64,000 bases of DNA from Candidatus Micrarchaeota archaeon (GTDB lineage Archaea; Micrarchaeota; Micrarchaeia; Anstonellales; Bilamarchaeaceae): positions 622 through 64,621 of the forward strand of contig JAKEGJ010000004.1 in the NCBI GenBank assembly GCA_022627495.1, in the 5' to 3' direction. The translations under genes were made by a program, and so were the position numbers. The stretch's first letter is position 1. Each line of letters opens with the position of its first letter. This document shows positions 28,378 to 38,982 of the stretch, one piece after another. The notes below the pieces were generated by a model. That model did not search any database, was not told the origin of the DNA, and saw only the letters and a list, made by a program, of their open reading frames with translations.

Positions 28378-30129
28378 TCACCTCTTGAGAAGGTCGTCGA
28401 AGCTCGCATCGATGTCCTTGGCCAGCTTCTCGAATTCCTTCTCTTCCTTGATTTCCTTCATGCGGCCGATTGTGGCCTTGACTTTCAGCTCGGAAATCCT
28501 CTTGAGCTGGACACCCAGATCGAGCGAGGCGTTCGTCCTCTCCCCGAAGCGGGTTATCGTCTTGAGCATGTTGTACTGCTTCTTAAGTTCGCAGCGCGCG
28601 TCCACGTCGCTGTAGGCGTTCTGCTGGAGGTAGTCCTCGCGGAGCATCTTCGTCACCATCAGGACCGCCTGCTCCTTTTCGGGGAGCGCGTCCGGCCCCA
28701 CCAGCTGGACGACCTCCTGCAATTCGGCTTCCTTCTGGAGGAGCGCCATGGCGTTCTTTATCATCTTGGTGAAGTCCGTGGAAACCTTCTCGCTGTAATA
28801 CTCCTCGAGGCCGTCCGCATAGAGGGTGTAGCTTTTCAGCCAGTTGATGGCCGGGAAGTGCCTGCGGTATGCGAGCGAGGCGTCGAGGGCCAGGAACACC
28901 TTCGTGACGCGGAGCGTGTTCTGGGACACCGGCTCGGATATGTCCCCGCCGGGAGGCGAAACCGCGCCGATAATCGAGACCGAGCCGTACCTCTCCTCTC
29001 CTGCGAGGCAGCGCACGCGGCCGGCCCGCTCATAGAACTCGGCGAGCCTTCTTGCAAGGTACGCGGGATACCCTTCCTCGCCGGGCATCTCTTCCAGCCT
29101 GCCGCCGATTTCGCGCATGGCCTCGGCCCACCTGGATGTGGAGTCTGCCATCAGGGCGACGTCGTAGCCCATGTCCCTGAAATACTCCGCAATCGTGACT
29201 CCGGTGTAGATGCTCGCCTCGCGGGCGGCTACGGGCATGTTGGAAGTGTTCGCAATCAGGACCGTCCTCATCATGAGCGGCTTGCCTGATTTCGGGTCGA
29301 TAAGGTGCGGGAATTCCTTGAGCACGTCCGTCATCTCGTTTCCGCGCTCGCCGCAGCCGATGTAAACGACAATCTGGGTGTCCGAGTATTTGGCCAGGCT
29401 CTGCTGGGTGACTGTCTTTCCGGAGCCGAAGGGGCCCGGGATGCACGCCGTGCCTCCCTTTGCTATCGGGAAGAACGTGTCGATTATCCTCTGCCCGGTA
29501 ATCAGCGGAATAGTGGGCGGGAATTTCTCAATGACCGGCCTTGATTTCCGGACGAACCACCTCTGGACCATCGTGAGGGGGTATTTCTTGCCTTCATGGG
29601 ACAGGGTGCCTATCACGTCCTGGATGGTGAACGAGCCGGAGGAAATATCGTCTATCTTGCCCTCATGCGGGGACATTATCCTGTGCTCAATCAGGTCAGT
29701 CTCCTGCACCGTGCCGAGCACGTCGCCGACTTTGACCTTCGCGCCTTTTTTGACGGTTGCCTTGAATTCCCAAATCTTCTTGCGGTCCAGGGGGGGCGCG
29801 TTAATCCCCCTTGTGATGAACACGCCGCCGGCCATCTCCTCGATTACTGCAAGCGGCCTCTGGATGCCGTCGTAAATGCTTGTGAGGATGCCCGGGCCCA
29901 GCTCGACGGAGAGGGGCTGGTTCGTGGATTCGACCGGCTCGTTCGGCCGCAGGCCCGAGGTGTCCTCGTAGACCTGGATGACCGACGTGTTGCCCACTAT
30001 CTTGATGATTTCGCCAAGGAGCTTTGCCTCGCCGACCCTGACCACGTCGTAAAGCCTGGCTCCCGGCAGGTAGGCGTTCACGACCGGGCCGCTAATCCTT
30101 TCAATATGACCTTCATCTTTTGCTGCCAT
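28378..30129 (-). CDS. atpA: A/V-type ATP synthase subunit A
   Basis: GPFGSGKT Walker [17 protein letters not shown]; no intein. Confidence 0.97.
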   Translation of the reverse strand: MAAKDEGHIERISGPVVNAYLPGARLYDVVRVGEAKLLGEIIKIVGNTSVIQVYEDTSGLRPNEPVESTNQPLSVELGPGILTSIYDGIQRPLAVIEEMAGGVFITRGINAPPLDRKKIWEFKATVKKGAKVKVGDVLGTVQETDLIEHRIMSPHEGKIDDISSGSFTIQDVIGTLSHEGKKYPLTMVQRWFVRKSRPVIEKFPPTIPLITGQRIIDTFFPIAKGGTACIPGPFGSGKTVTQQSLAKYSDTQIVVYIGCGERGNEMTDVLKEFPHLIDPKSGKPLMMRTVLIANTSNMPVAAREASIYTGVTIAEYFRDMGYDVALMADSTSRWAEAMREIGGRLEEMPGEEGYPAYLARRLAEFYERAGRVRCLAGEERYGSVSIIGAVSPPGGDISEPVSQNTLRVTKVFLALDASLAYRRHFPAINWLKSYTLYADGLEEYYSEKVSTDFTKMIKNAMALLQKEAELQEVVQLVGPDALPEKEQAVLMVTKMLREDYLQQNAYSDVDARCELKKQYNMLKTITRFGERTNASLDLGVQLKRISELKVKATIGRMKEIKEEKEFEKLAKDIDASFDDLLKR

Positions 30130-30150
30130 ATTAGAATCTCCTCCAATCAA

Positions 30151-30486
30151 TCATGATTTTTCCTGCTTCTTGGCGCCCAGGTCGAAGCCCAGCGCCCTCT
30201 TGATGAGGTTCCGTATCTCGTCGCCCTCGGTGCTCTTTCCGGTATAATCCGGCATCGGGATGACGACCGGGTACGCGATGGAATCCAGCTTCTTCCGGAG
30301 CCTCCAGTCTATCCGATTCAGCATGTACTCGTTCGTGACGATGATTCCGTAGTCCTTGTTGGCGAGGACCTTCTCCAGTTCGGCCTGAATTGTGGACTCG
30401 CCCGCCTGCACGGTGTCGTCTATGCCTGCAAGCTTGAACCCCATCACAAGGGGCGCATCGCCGACCACAACGATTTTGGATTTCAT
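30151..30486 (-). CDS. atpF: A/V-type ATP synthase subunit F
   Basis: VVGD..MGFKLAGI; IKRALG. Confidence 0.93.
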   Translation of the reverse strand: MKSKIVVVGDAPLVMGFKLAGIDDTVQAGESTIQAELEKVLANKDYGIIVTNEYMLNRIDWRLRKKLDSIAYPVVIPMPDYTGKSTEGDEIRNLIKRALGFDLGAKKQEKS

Positions 30487-30498
30487 GCAACATCAACC

Positions 30499-31620
30499 CT
30501 ACACGACGACCAGCATTGCGCGGACCTCGGATTCGGGCAGGTTGAACTCCTTGCCCTTGGCTATCTTCCGGAGGTTGTTCAGCTCCTCCTCTTTGAGCAG
30601 GAGGAACCCTATCACCACGCCGACCGAGAGTATCGCCCGGTGGAACGCGTGCACCTTCTGCTCGGTCACGGATTTCTCGAATGCGATTTCAAGGTCCGAA
30701 AGCGCGATTTTCTCGGCCTTCACCTCGAGCCCGTGGAAGCGGGGCTTCGCGAGCGCTATTACGCCGTGCATGTCCTTCGCATCTATGAACTTCGCGACAA
30801 GCGCGTCGCTCATCGTGCCGCCGCGAATCAGGCTGCCCAGGATTTTATCCTTCTGGGTGCCGTGCTTCTTCAGCCTCTCTATTATCAGGATGTTCTTCGC
30901 GTCAATCTCCTTCCGCAGTATCTGGCGCACGTCCGAGACGTCCTTGCCGCCCACCTCGGAGAGCACCTGGTCCATGAAGAGGTAGATGTATGCGTCTATG
31001 ATGGTCTCCATCTGCAGGAACGTGTCCAGGCTGCGGAGCGCGTTCGTGAATTTCTCCTTCATCTGGCGGTTGAGCTGCCCGGTGCCAATGGAAAGCATCT
31101 TCTGGCCGATGTCCGTCCGGCGCAATTCCTTCATGAGGTTGCCTTCGTCGGCCTTCATTATCCTCTTGAAGTCGTCCTCCCCGAGGCCTCCGACGTCGAA
31201 CAGGTACGGCCGGACGTCCTCGTAGGTCTTCCGTATCCTCTTCGCATGCATCAATGTCTTGAGGTTGAGCAGGTCCCAGCGGATGAGCAGGGCTTCCAGC
31301 GCCTTCCGGTCGCTTTTCGGGGTTATCTTGATGAGCTTCTTGACGGTCCGCGAGAAGTTCCTCGATGCCGCGGTCTCTATCAGGGCGGAGCCGCCGTATG
31401 TGACCGACGCCCCCGCCAGGTCGGCCTTGTACCCTGTCCGTTGCAGGAGCTCGACCATGCCCTCGATGCTTCCCACGCGTATCATCTCGTCAAGGAAGCT
31501 TCCCCTCAGCAGGAGGCCTTTCATGGCCTTGACCCTGGCATTGGAGTAGCCGTACTTGAGCGCGCGGCTCTCTATTCTGGGCAGTTTCCCGGCCATGCCG
31601 CCTAGCAAATCCCGCATCAT
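30499..31620 (-). CDS. atpC: A/V-type ATP synthase subunit C
   Basis: YGYSNARVKAM..; E..NLRKIAKGK; operon position. Confidence 0.9.
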   Translation of the reverse strand: MMRDLLGGMAGKLPRIESRALKYGYSNARVKAMKGLLLRGSFLDEMIRVGSIEGMVELLQRTGYKADLAGASVTYGGSALIETAASRNFSRTVKKLIKITPKSDRKALEALLIRWDLLNLKTLMHAKRIRKTYEDVRPYLFDVGGLGEDDFKRIMKADEGNLMKELRRTDIGQKMLSIGTGQLNRQMKEKFTNALRSLDTFLQMETIIDAYIYLFMDQVLSEVGGKDVSDVRQILRKEIDAKNILIIERLKKHGTQKDKILGSLIRGGTMSDALVAKFIDAKDMHGVIALAKPRFHGLEVKAEKIALSDLEIAFEKSVTEQKVHAFHRAILSVGVVIGFLLLKEEELNNLRKIAKGKEFNLPESEVRAMLVVV

Positions 31621-32186
31621 TTACCCCCGAACAGCTTGTCGTAAATCCTCTTCCTCGTCTCGTCTCTCCGCGCCTCGAAAAGCGTTTCCAGCGTCAGGTC
31701 TATCCTGATCTTGCCATCCGTGGTCTCGACGATGGCCCCGCCAAGGGCTTCCAAACCCTCGCTAACTTTGGCGCCTTTGATGGCCGGAAGCAGCGGCTTG
31801 TCGCCTTTGACTATGTGCACCGAAACATTTCCGCCCAGTTCGGCCGCAGCCTCGGCCACGGCCTTGCCCAGGAACTTTTTGTATTCCGGCGTTTTCCGCA
31901 CGTTGCTTAGGGAGTCGAAGAAGTCCTCGACGACGCCCTTTATCGCGTCCTCCCTGGCTTCCGCGAGTATCCTCTTGGATTCCAGCCTGGCCCAGGCTAT
32001 GCGCTCGTTGCGCTGCTCTTCAAGCAGCTTCTCAACTTCGCGGTCGGCTTCCTTCTTCCGGGCCGCCATGCCGGAGCGCTCATCCTCGACCATGCGCGCC
32101 ACGTGCGTCTCGGCCGCCTCTACTATCTTCCTGGCGTCCTCGCTGGCTTCGGACAGGAGAGAGCCCTTCAGCTTCTCGATTCCCAT
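31617..32186 (-). CDS. atpE: A/V-type ATP synthase subunit E
   Basis: Coiled-coil N-terminus, LGGAIV..DG..RIDLT; operon position. Confidence 0.88.
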   Translation of the reverse strand: MGIEKLKGSLLSEASEDARKIVEAAETHVARMVEDERSGMAARKKEADREVEKLLEEQRNERIAWARLESKRILAEAREDAIKGVVEDFFDSLSNVRKTPEYKKFLGKAVAEAAAELGGNVSVHIVKGDKPLLPAIKGAKVSEGLEALGGAIVETTDGKIRIDLTLETLFEARRDETRKRIYDKLFGGK

Positions 32187-32273
32187 GTGTCAGCACCTCA
32201 CAGATACAGTTTCCGGCATCCGGTTTCCAGCGCCCGTCGGTTACGGGTTGCGGGGAACCGGGAACTGGAAACC

Positions 32274-32525
32274 CTATGCGGCGCCGCCGATTTTAAGCCA
32301 CAGAAGCACTGCGACCAGGAATCCGAACACTGCGAGGACTTCGGGGAGAACGATGTATATCAGGATGTTCTTCTCCAATTCCGGCCTTTCGGCAACCGCA
32401 CCGAGCGCCGAGGCGCCCAGGGTTCCCTGAGACCATGCCGCAGCGAGCGCGCTAAGGCCCATCGCAATCCCGGCTCCCAATGCTATGCCGGCTTCCGCCG
32501 ATAACGGTCCACTTGCATCTGCCAT
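32274..32525 (-). CDS. atpK: A/V-type ATP synthase proteolipid subunit K/c (single hairpin)
   Basis: GAVAERPE loop, LPEVLAVFG; ATG at 32525. Confidence 0.92.
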   Translation of the reverse strand: MADASGPLSAEAGIALGAGIAMGLSALAAAWSQGTLGASALGAVAERPELEKNILIYIVLPEVLAVFGFLVAVLLWLKIGGAA

Positions 32526-32545
32526 TTCATAACACCTCAATTTAC

Positions 32546-34468
32546 TCATAATTTCTTCGAATACAGGGCGAACGGGATGAATACGTCCCCGCCGCCATGC
32601 ATGAACTTTGACCTGAACTCCACTATGTTGAGCCTGCCTCCCTGTATCAGCGATTCGAACATCGCCACGAAGCAGTTGGCAATGTGGAGCACCACGAAAA
32701 CCGGCAGGAGCACAATGGCCAGAAGGCCCTGCTCCGGCATCGGCACGATGAATTCGTTGAGCAGCTCTGCTATCACGACGCCGACAATCCCAATGGCCGC
32801 GATACGCGAGTATGACAGGATGTTGCCGACAAGCCCGGGAATCTCGATGATTCCGAGAACGCCCTCGGTTATCGCGAGCGTGACCGCCGACACCGCGAGG
32901 ACGACTATGCCTGCCGTCGAAAGCGCAGGGTCGATGTAGCCCAGCGCCGGAAGCATGCTTGGAAGATACGGGAGCAGGGCGAATGTCAGGCCCACTTCGA
33001 CTCCGAGCCATGCGATTTTCGCTAGCGCGTGCTTCTTGCTGTGGTTCCACTCGTTAAGCGCGCCCAGGATGAACCCGAGCCCGAGGTGGATAAGCCCCAC
33101 GAGCGCGCTCAGCGCCACCAGGGCGAGCACGTTGTCTATTCTCGCGAACCCGTGGTAGAGGGGCGCGTGCAGGAGCTCGATGCCAATCCATTTGCCGATT
33201 ATCTCGCTCAGGTGGTGGTGCGTCAGCCCGCCCCATTCGTCGAAGAAGAGCCCGAATGCGATCGCCGGGATTCCGGAATACATCCAGATCTTGGAGACGT
33301 TGCTCATGATGTAGCTCTTCTCGAACCTCTTGAGGAGCGCGAAGCCCAGCGCTATCGACAGGATGCCGTAGATGACATCGCCCACTATCATGCCGTATAT
33401 CACTGGCAGGGCAATCAAATACATCATCGTCGGGTCGATTTCGAAATAGTTGGGGAGCGAATAGCTTTTGGTGATGAATTCCATGGGGCCTGCGGCCCTG
33501 GGGTTGTCGAGCACGGTCGGGGGCATGTCATGGTGCGTGTATTTCACGTCTTCCAATACCGCATCGGGATATCTGCCCAAAATGGATTTCAGGACGTCCA
33601 TGTCCTCCTCCAGCAGCCATCCTTCGACCACATACGCGCATTTCGATGAAGAGAACTTTGAGGCTACGCCGGCGCGCTCGGCTTCAACTTCAAGCGAGCG
33701 TATGAGGCTCCGGATGTGGGCGATATTGTCCCTGGACAACCCGGCCATCATGCCGCGGACCTCCTTGAGGCGGGATTTTGCGGCTTCGTTATCGGAATTT
33801 ATCCTGTTGATGGCTTCCATCGGGCTTGTCATCCCTTCGGGAAGGTCGATGTCGGAAAAGCCCAGTTCGCCCAGGAGCGAATCCACGTTGTGCTGGCCTT
33901 TGCGGTCGTATATCACGAGCGCTATATTATATCCGGCTTCGGAAACGACCGTGTTGTGGCCGCCCATCTGCTCCATGCTTTCGGTGAGGCGCGCCATCCT
34001 GCTGGCCGCGATTTCGCCCACGCGGAAATCGAGCGTCCTCGTACGGAGCTTGCTGAAATCGACGCCCTTGAAATGCAGGACCTTCTCCACCGCGAGCGCT
34101 TCATTCTCGAGCGCCTTGATTCTTTCATTCAGCGCGGCCATCTCCGAATTCAGTTTGCGCAGCTGCTCCTCGGCAGCCAGGCCTTTCGCCTCGGCAAGCG
34201 CCTTGGCGCCCTCCATGACTTTAGGCTCGGAATCGTATTTCTTCCCGAGCGCGGCCTCCATCATGGAAACCAGCGCGCGGAGTTTCAGGAGCTCGGCCGA
34301 AAGCGCGTCGAACGAGGCCAGCGGCCTGCCTTCATCGAGGCCCTCGTACCTGGATTTCCGTATGTCCACGAGGCCCGCCTCATGCAGGTCCCGGACAAGG
34401 TTCGCGACGTGGGTTTTAAGCACTATCAATCTGACCTTTGACATCTTCTTGGGCCTAAACATCTGCAT
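32546..34468 (-). CDS. atpI: A/V-type ATP synthase subunit I
   Basis: EIDPT, GDVIYG, LSYSRIAA, RLNIVEF. Confidence 0.95.
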   Translation of the reverse strand: MQMFRPKKMSKVRLIVLKTHVANLVRDLHEAGLVDIRKSRYEGLDEGRPLASFDALSAELLKLRALVSMMEAALGKKYDSEPKVMEGAKALAEAKGLAAEEQLRKLNSEMAALNERIKALENEALAVEKVLHFKGVDFSKLRTRTLDFRVGEIAASRMARLTESMEQMGGHNTVVSEAGYNIALVIYDRKGQHNVDSLLGELGFSDIDLPEGMTSPMEAINRINSDNEAAKSRLKEVRGMMAGLSRDNIAHIRSLIRSLEVEAERAGVASKFSSSKCAYVVEGWLLEEDMDVLKSILGRYPDAVLEDVKYTHHDMPPTVLDNPRAAGPMEFITKSYSLPNYFEIDPTMMYLIALPVIYGMIVGDVIYGILSIALGFALLKRFEKSYIMSNVSKIWMYSGIPAIAFGLFFDEWGGLTHHHLSEIIGKWIGIELLHAPLYHGFARIDNVLALVALSALVGLIHLGLGFILGALNEWNHSKKHALAKIAWLGVEVGLTFALLPYLPSMLPALGYIDPALSTAGIVVLAVSAVTLAITEGVLGIIEIPGLVGNILSYSRIAAIGIVGVVIAELLNEFIVPMPEQGLLAIVLLPVFVVLHIANCFVAMFESLIQGGRLNIVEFRSKFMHGGGDVFIPFALYSKKL

Positions 34469-34472
34469 TCCC

Positions 34473-34808
34473 CTAGAGGCTGCTCAAAAATTCCTTTATG
34501 AGCTTCGGGACCGCCGCGGATTCGGGCTTCTTCCCGCCAATCTTCATCCCTTCTTCCTTGGCCTTCTCCACTATCTTCTCGACTTCCGATTCTATGTCTT
34601 TGCTGCCCTTGCGCAAGCGGTCGTTCTTGTAGGCTACCAGCTCCTCTTCGCTTTTGAGGCGCTCTTCCATCGTGCGCTCCCGGGCTTCCCGGAGGATTTT
34701 GTCCGCCTTCTCTTTTGCGGTGTTGATGAGACGGTCGTACTCCTCCTCGGCATCCCTTATCTCCTTTATCGTCTTCATGAATTCTGGATGTTCGGAATTT
34801 TGATGCAT
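34473..34808 (-). CDS. atpH: A/V-type ATP synthase subunit H/G
   Basis: Charged coiled coil, first gene of the atp operon. Confidence 0.75.
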   Translation of the reverse strand: MHQNSEHPEFMKTIKEIRDAEEEYDRLINTAKEKADKILREARERTMEERLKSEEELVAYKNDRLRKGSKDIESEVEKIVEKAKEEGMKIGGKKPESAAVPKLIKEFLSSL

Positions 34809-34938
34809 GTAGCCACCAAAACAAGATGACTACCATATGAAAAAGAAATCTTTTTAAAGTAGTGCCAACGAATTTCCTCTGCCGTTTTCTATAAGGAGAA
34901 AAAAGGTCAAAGAAGATGATGCTTAGAGGATGATACCT

Positions 34939-35754
34939 ATGGGTGCTTACAAATACATAACCCAGACTTTGCAGAAGCAGTACAAGGAGAGGGACGCCCT
35001 TTACCGGGACAAGGTGATGAAGTGGAGGGCGGGGCCGGCAATCGAGCGCGTCGAATACCCGTCCAACCTGTCAAGGGCCCGCACGCTCGGCTACCAGGCC
35101 AAGCAGGGCTACATCGTCGTCCGCGTCCGCATCGACAAGGGAAGGCGCACGAGGCGCAAGACCATGGGCGGCCGCAAGCACAAGAACAACTACCGCTTCG
35201 TACAGCCCCAGATGTCGCACCAGGCGATTGGCGAGCAGCGCGTTAACCGGCTGTTCCGCAACATGGAAGTGCTCAACTCATACTGGGTCGGGGAAGACGG
35301 CAACTACAAGTTCTTCGAAGTGATACTCGCAGACCCTGCGAAACCGAGCGTCAACATATCGTCCGCGATAAGGGGCGGCAAGGCGTTCCGCGGCTTGACC
35401 TCCGCAGGCAACTCGCGGGGCCCGAGCAAGAAGTTTGCCATGAACAAGAAGCTCCGGAGGAAGAAGCTCCAGGCGACTCCGTACCACTTCAAGCCGTATC
35501 TGAAGAGCGCGAAGGCGGCGGCTGCCCCGAAGCCCGCCCCCAAGAGGGCGGAGAAAAAGGCGGCACCTGCGAAGCCTGCGGCGCATGAGCATGCGGCGCA
35601 CGCGCCTGCCCAGCATGCAGCCCATTCCGGCGGGGTCCGCGCCGCGCACCCGCAGCACGGAGCGCAGGCGCACGAGGCCAAGCATGAGGCTGCGCACCCG
35701 GCCCACGCCGAGCACCAGCCGCACCCATCCAAGCCCCACGAGCACAAGAAATAA
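34939..35754 (+). CDS. rpl15e: 50S ribosomal protein L15e with His/Ala/Pro-rich C-terminal tail
   Basis: MGAYKY, RARTLGYQAKQG, VLNSYWVGEDG.YKFFEVILAD, FRGLTSAG. Confidence 0.93.
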   Translation: MGAYKYITQTLQKQYKERDALYRDKVMKWRAGPAIERVEYPSNLSRARTLGYQAKQGYIVVRVRIDKGRRTRRKTMGGRKHKNNYRFVQPQMSHQAIGEQRVNRLFRNMEVLNSYWVGEDGNYKFFEVILADPAKPSVNISSAIRGGKAFRGLTSAGNSRGPSKKFAMNKKLRRKKLQATPYHFKPYLKSAKAAAAPKPAPKRAEKKAAPAKPAAHEHAAHAPAQHAAHSGGVRAAHPQHGAQAHEAKHEAAHPAHAEHQPHPSKPHEHKK

Positions 35755-35777
35755 TCTTTCTTTTCCAAGTCATTTTT

Positions 35778-36230
35778 ATGTTCGACATCATCTGCTGCCA
35801 GGCCGATGCCAAAACGCACGGCTTTGAGCGCTTTTTCTCAGCCAGCGGCTGCAAGGGCAAGGTGCTGGAACTCGACAACCTGGAGGCCGCGGTGGCGCAC
35901 AAGAACCGGAAAACGCTCATCATGCTGAAAGACTGGGCCTTCGATGAAGGCGCAATACGCGTGATTGCGGAAAAGAAAAGCGCATGCTTCCTGATAGACC
36001 TCGGCCGCCTCATGAAAACGAAGGGCGTGCCCAGGGCAATCGCCCTCTCGAAACTCCGGAACTTCCTCTCCGTCTGCGTGAAATTCGGGGCATTCTACTC
36101 GTTCGCCACGTTCGCCGAAAGCGAGCGGCAAATCCGCTCGCCGGAAGAACTCGAAAGCATCATCATGCTCCTTGACCTGAACCGGGGCCAGGCGAAATTC
36201 GCCCTGAAGATGCTCAATCATTATCTCTGA
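35778..36230 (+). CDS. RNase P protein Rpp30-like (truncated)
   Basis: Located after rpl15e as in other archaea; ..IRSP.EL..L.L pattern. Confidence 0.5.
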   Translation: MFDIICCQADAKTHGFERFFSASGCKGKVLELDNLEAAVAHKNRKTLIMLKDWAFDEGAIRVIAEKKSACFLIDLGRLMKTKGVPRAIALSKLRNFLSVCVKFGAFYSFATFAESERQIRSPEELESIIMLLDLNRGQAKFALKMLNHYL

Positions 36231-36270
36231 TTTCCCGCGTCTGGCCCCCCTTCCGCGCCCATTGCGTTTT

Positions 36271-36831
36271 TCATTCGCCGATTGTGAGGCTGAATGTCAC
36301 TTTCTCGTTGGAAACAAGGCAGGAGCCCGATATCGTGCCGCCTGCGTCGCTTCCGCCCGAGCCACCGTCCCCGTCATAGAGGCCGTTCTGCACCGGTTCG
36401 ACATCCATGCTCACTTCAGCATCGTTTATCGCCACGCATCTCTCAATCACTGAAAAGCACATGGACGGAGATACGTCCACTTCCTGCACAAGCGGCGGGT
36501 CGGATTCGATTGTGAGCCTGATTTTCGCGCTCCCGCCATAGGTCCTGCAGATGCCCGTCGGCTCAAACTTCACGGTTTCCGATATGCTGAGGCATTCGAC
36601 AGTGACCGGCAGGCCGTTCGAGACCGTGGTCTTCTTCTCGCCTTCGGCGAGGGTGACTTCGTAATCATTAGCGTTGCAGTCGTCGGCGACCGGGCATCTG
36701 TTGCATCCTTCGGCCAGCACTGCGCAAAGAGCGGCTGCCGAAAGGAGCGTCGCCATGGGGCGCCTGCCCTGCGGCTTCTCCCCCGGCCTGCCATCAGGTT
36801 TCTGCAATTCCTTCTCTGCCCGGAGTTTCAT
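36271..36831 (-). CDS. Secreted/lipoprotein hypothetical protein
   Basis: Hydrophobic segment ending AEGC, paired Cys residues, DGGSGGSDAGG linker. Confidence 0.55.
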   Translation of the reverse strand: MKLRAEKELQKPDGRPGEKPQGRRPMATLLSAAALCAVLAEGCNRCPVADDCNANDYEVTLAEGEKKTTVSNGLPVTVECLSISETVKFEPTGICRTYGGSAKIRLTIESDPPLVQEVDVSPSMCFSVIERCVAINDAEVSMDVEPVQNGLYDGDGGSGGSDAGGTISGSCLVSNEKVTFSLTIGE

Positions 36832-37041
36832 ATACTATGATTAGGGCGGTGCTGTTTAAAAAACATTATGAAACACAAAATAAAACTTATTTCCGGTTGC
36901 ACTGCCGGGGCCAAGGCCGCTTTCCTGCAGGAATTCCACCTCGCGCCATGCTCCAACCGGATCCAGGCGTCCTGCCCACAATTGTTTATAAACCCCGAAT
37001 GTGTTTTGTTTGCAAGGGGCGAAAGCCTCGATGGTGTTATC

Positions 37042-38925
37042 ATGACTGTGTCTGACAGAAGAACCGGCAGGCGGGTTTCAGGGGCGATGTCGCGCGGGGA
37101 TTTCATCCGCACGGCGGGCGTGGGCGCAGCGGCTTTGGGCGCGGCGTCGATGGGCTTCAGCGGGCTCGGAAGGGCACAGCAAGCTGTCGTTCCAGGCACT
37201 TCATGCAGATTCACTCCCAACGCATTCGACTATGTCGTTCCGGATGGATTGACTCCCATAGGTGTGATGCCTTCGCCTTACCCGCCATACCCTATATTCA
37301 TCGAACACCCGAATTACAGTTACGTCGTACAGGAGGCCGGAGAAATATTCGAGTGCCCGGCGGTCTCGGATTGCATTCCACAGGGGCACGGTCTGATGTG
37401 GCCCCTCTCCCCCACCGGCCCCTTCGTCGGCAATAATCCATTGACGGACTATACTGTAGGATACCTGAACCCGGCGGACATGAAGGTCGCCGCATATTTC
37501 GGCTCGATGGATTATGGCGTTGCGTTCAACGCCTTTTTCCGGATACCTCCATCGCCTGCGAAATACCCAATCCCCACGCCGTCAGCACCCGGCGGCTTGA
37601 ACTGGGGCCAGGCGTTCGCGTTCCAAGGAGCGCAGGTAGGATTCTTCACAGCCGAATATCCGAACGACACGAATTTTAACTACAGCAATGGCAGATTCGA
37701 CTCGACCGGCTGGGTCGGCCCGCTCTCGGACGTTGCGCAGGTCAAGAGGCCTGTAGCCGTGGACCCATCCCTCGCATCGATAGAACCCTGGACCACTGCA
37801 GTGCAGTTCAATGTCACCTGTCCCTATACCGCAGCCAATACGACCTTGTCGAGAACCCCCAAGAACCTGAAGATGTTCGGATGGTTCATCAGCATGAGGG
37901 GTGCTGGCTACAACCTCAGCAACAGGCCCCTGGTCATCCATATCGGTGGAATAACCAACTACATAACACAGCCGACCTACAAGGGACCGCTCGCTTATGT
38001 GAGCGGACTCGCGCAACTTGGCTACGATGTGCTCTACCTCGACAAGCCCGGCCATGGATGGTCTGAAGGGAAGATGACTGAATTTTATCCAGGCATGCTG
38101 TTTGAAATTCTCAACCAGCTCCACCAGGGAGTATACGCGCTTGGCAGCGGGGAATCCGTCCCGTCAACCAAGACTCTGGTGGCCGGCCAACTGCAGTATG
38201 GCGTGAACAACGCGAAAAAGACCAACGTAATCCTTTCCGGCCATTCGTTGGGCGCATTCATCTGCCAAAGGTGCGCGGTGGCGAACATCGAACCGAGGTA
38301 CGCCGACCTCCCCTGGTACCAGTTGCCCTTCACAAGCGACAACCGGTACAAGATTGTCGGAGTCATCGACTTTGAAGGGCTTCCGGGGGGGATGAAGTTC
38401 ACTTCTCCCGGCCTGTTCCGGGCAGTCGTAGGTGGTGCCGCCTACGCAATGACAAAGGGAGCTGACGGAATGGCTATCATCGGCAGGATTGCTACGGCGC
38501 CAATATCATCGGAAATCGTGTCCTTCCTTCCGAATCCGAAAATGCCTCCGATGATGTTTGTGACGACCACCCAGAACTACCAGTCGCCTGCAAATGCTGT
38601 TCTCGCATACAACCTGCACAAGGGCCTGAAAAGAATCTACATGTACAGCGGCCTGCACGGTTCCGCGATGAAGCTGCCTCCCTACGGGTATGTATACAAC
38701 GTAATTCCCGAGGCGGACCGGTTCATCAAGGACTGCATCGCCAATATCGGAAATCCGGTCATCGACACCAGCCAGGCCGACCTTAAGACGCTGGTTTGCC
38801 AGGCCCTGGCCATACCTCCCGCCCAGCCAGACCCTTCTGACATGGAGAATGGACATGGCAGGAAGCACTGGAAGGACGCGATGAACGAAGCGGCCAAGAA
38901 CATGCAGGCCGATGCCCAGCAGTAG
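37042..38925 (+). CDS. Exported alpha/beta hydrolase with Tat-like signal
   Basis: SRGDFIR + hydrophobic signal; DKPGHGWSEG, GHSLG. Confidence 0.7.
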   Translation: MTVSDRRTGRRVSGAMSRGDFIRTAGVGAAALGAASMGFSGLGRAQQAVVPGTSCRFTPNAFDYVVPDGLTPIGVMPSPYPPYPIFIEHPNYSYVVQEAGEIFECPAVSDCIPQGHGLMWPLSPTGPFVGNNPLTDYTVGYLNPADMKVAAYFGSMDYGVAFNAFFRIPPSPAKYPIPTPSAPGGLNWGQAFAFQGAQVGFFTAEYPNDTNFNYSNGRFDSTGWVGPLSDVAQVKRPVAVDPSLASIEPWTTAVQFNVTCPYTAANTTLSRTPKNLKMFGWFISMRGAGYNLSNRPLVIHIGGITNYITQPTYKGPLAYVSGLAQLGYDVLYLDKPGHGWSEGKMTEFYPGMLFEILNQLHQGVYALGSGESVPSTKTLVAGQLQYGVNNAKKTNVILSGHSLGAFICQRCAVANIEPRYADLPWYQLPFTSDNRYKIVGVIDFEGLPGGMKFTSPGLFRAVVGGAAYAMTKGADGMAIIGRIATAPISSEIVSFLPNPKMPPMMFVTTTQNYQSPANAVLAYNLHKGLKRIYMYSGLHGSAMKLPPYGYVYNVIPEADRFIKDCIANIGNPVIDTSQADLKTLVCQALAIPPAQPDPSDMENGHGRKHWKDAMNEAAKNMQADAQQ

Positions 38926-38982
38926 GCTTCAATCTTTTTTCTTTATCTTTTCCTAATTTTTCCAATCCGCCATTCCCAGAAT

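Noticed and set aside
32526-33050. 258-aa extended proteolipid
   Set aside because: The extension overlaps atpI in another frame; the true c subunit starts at 32525
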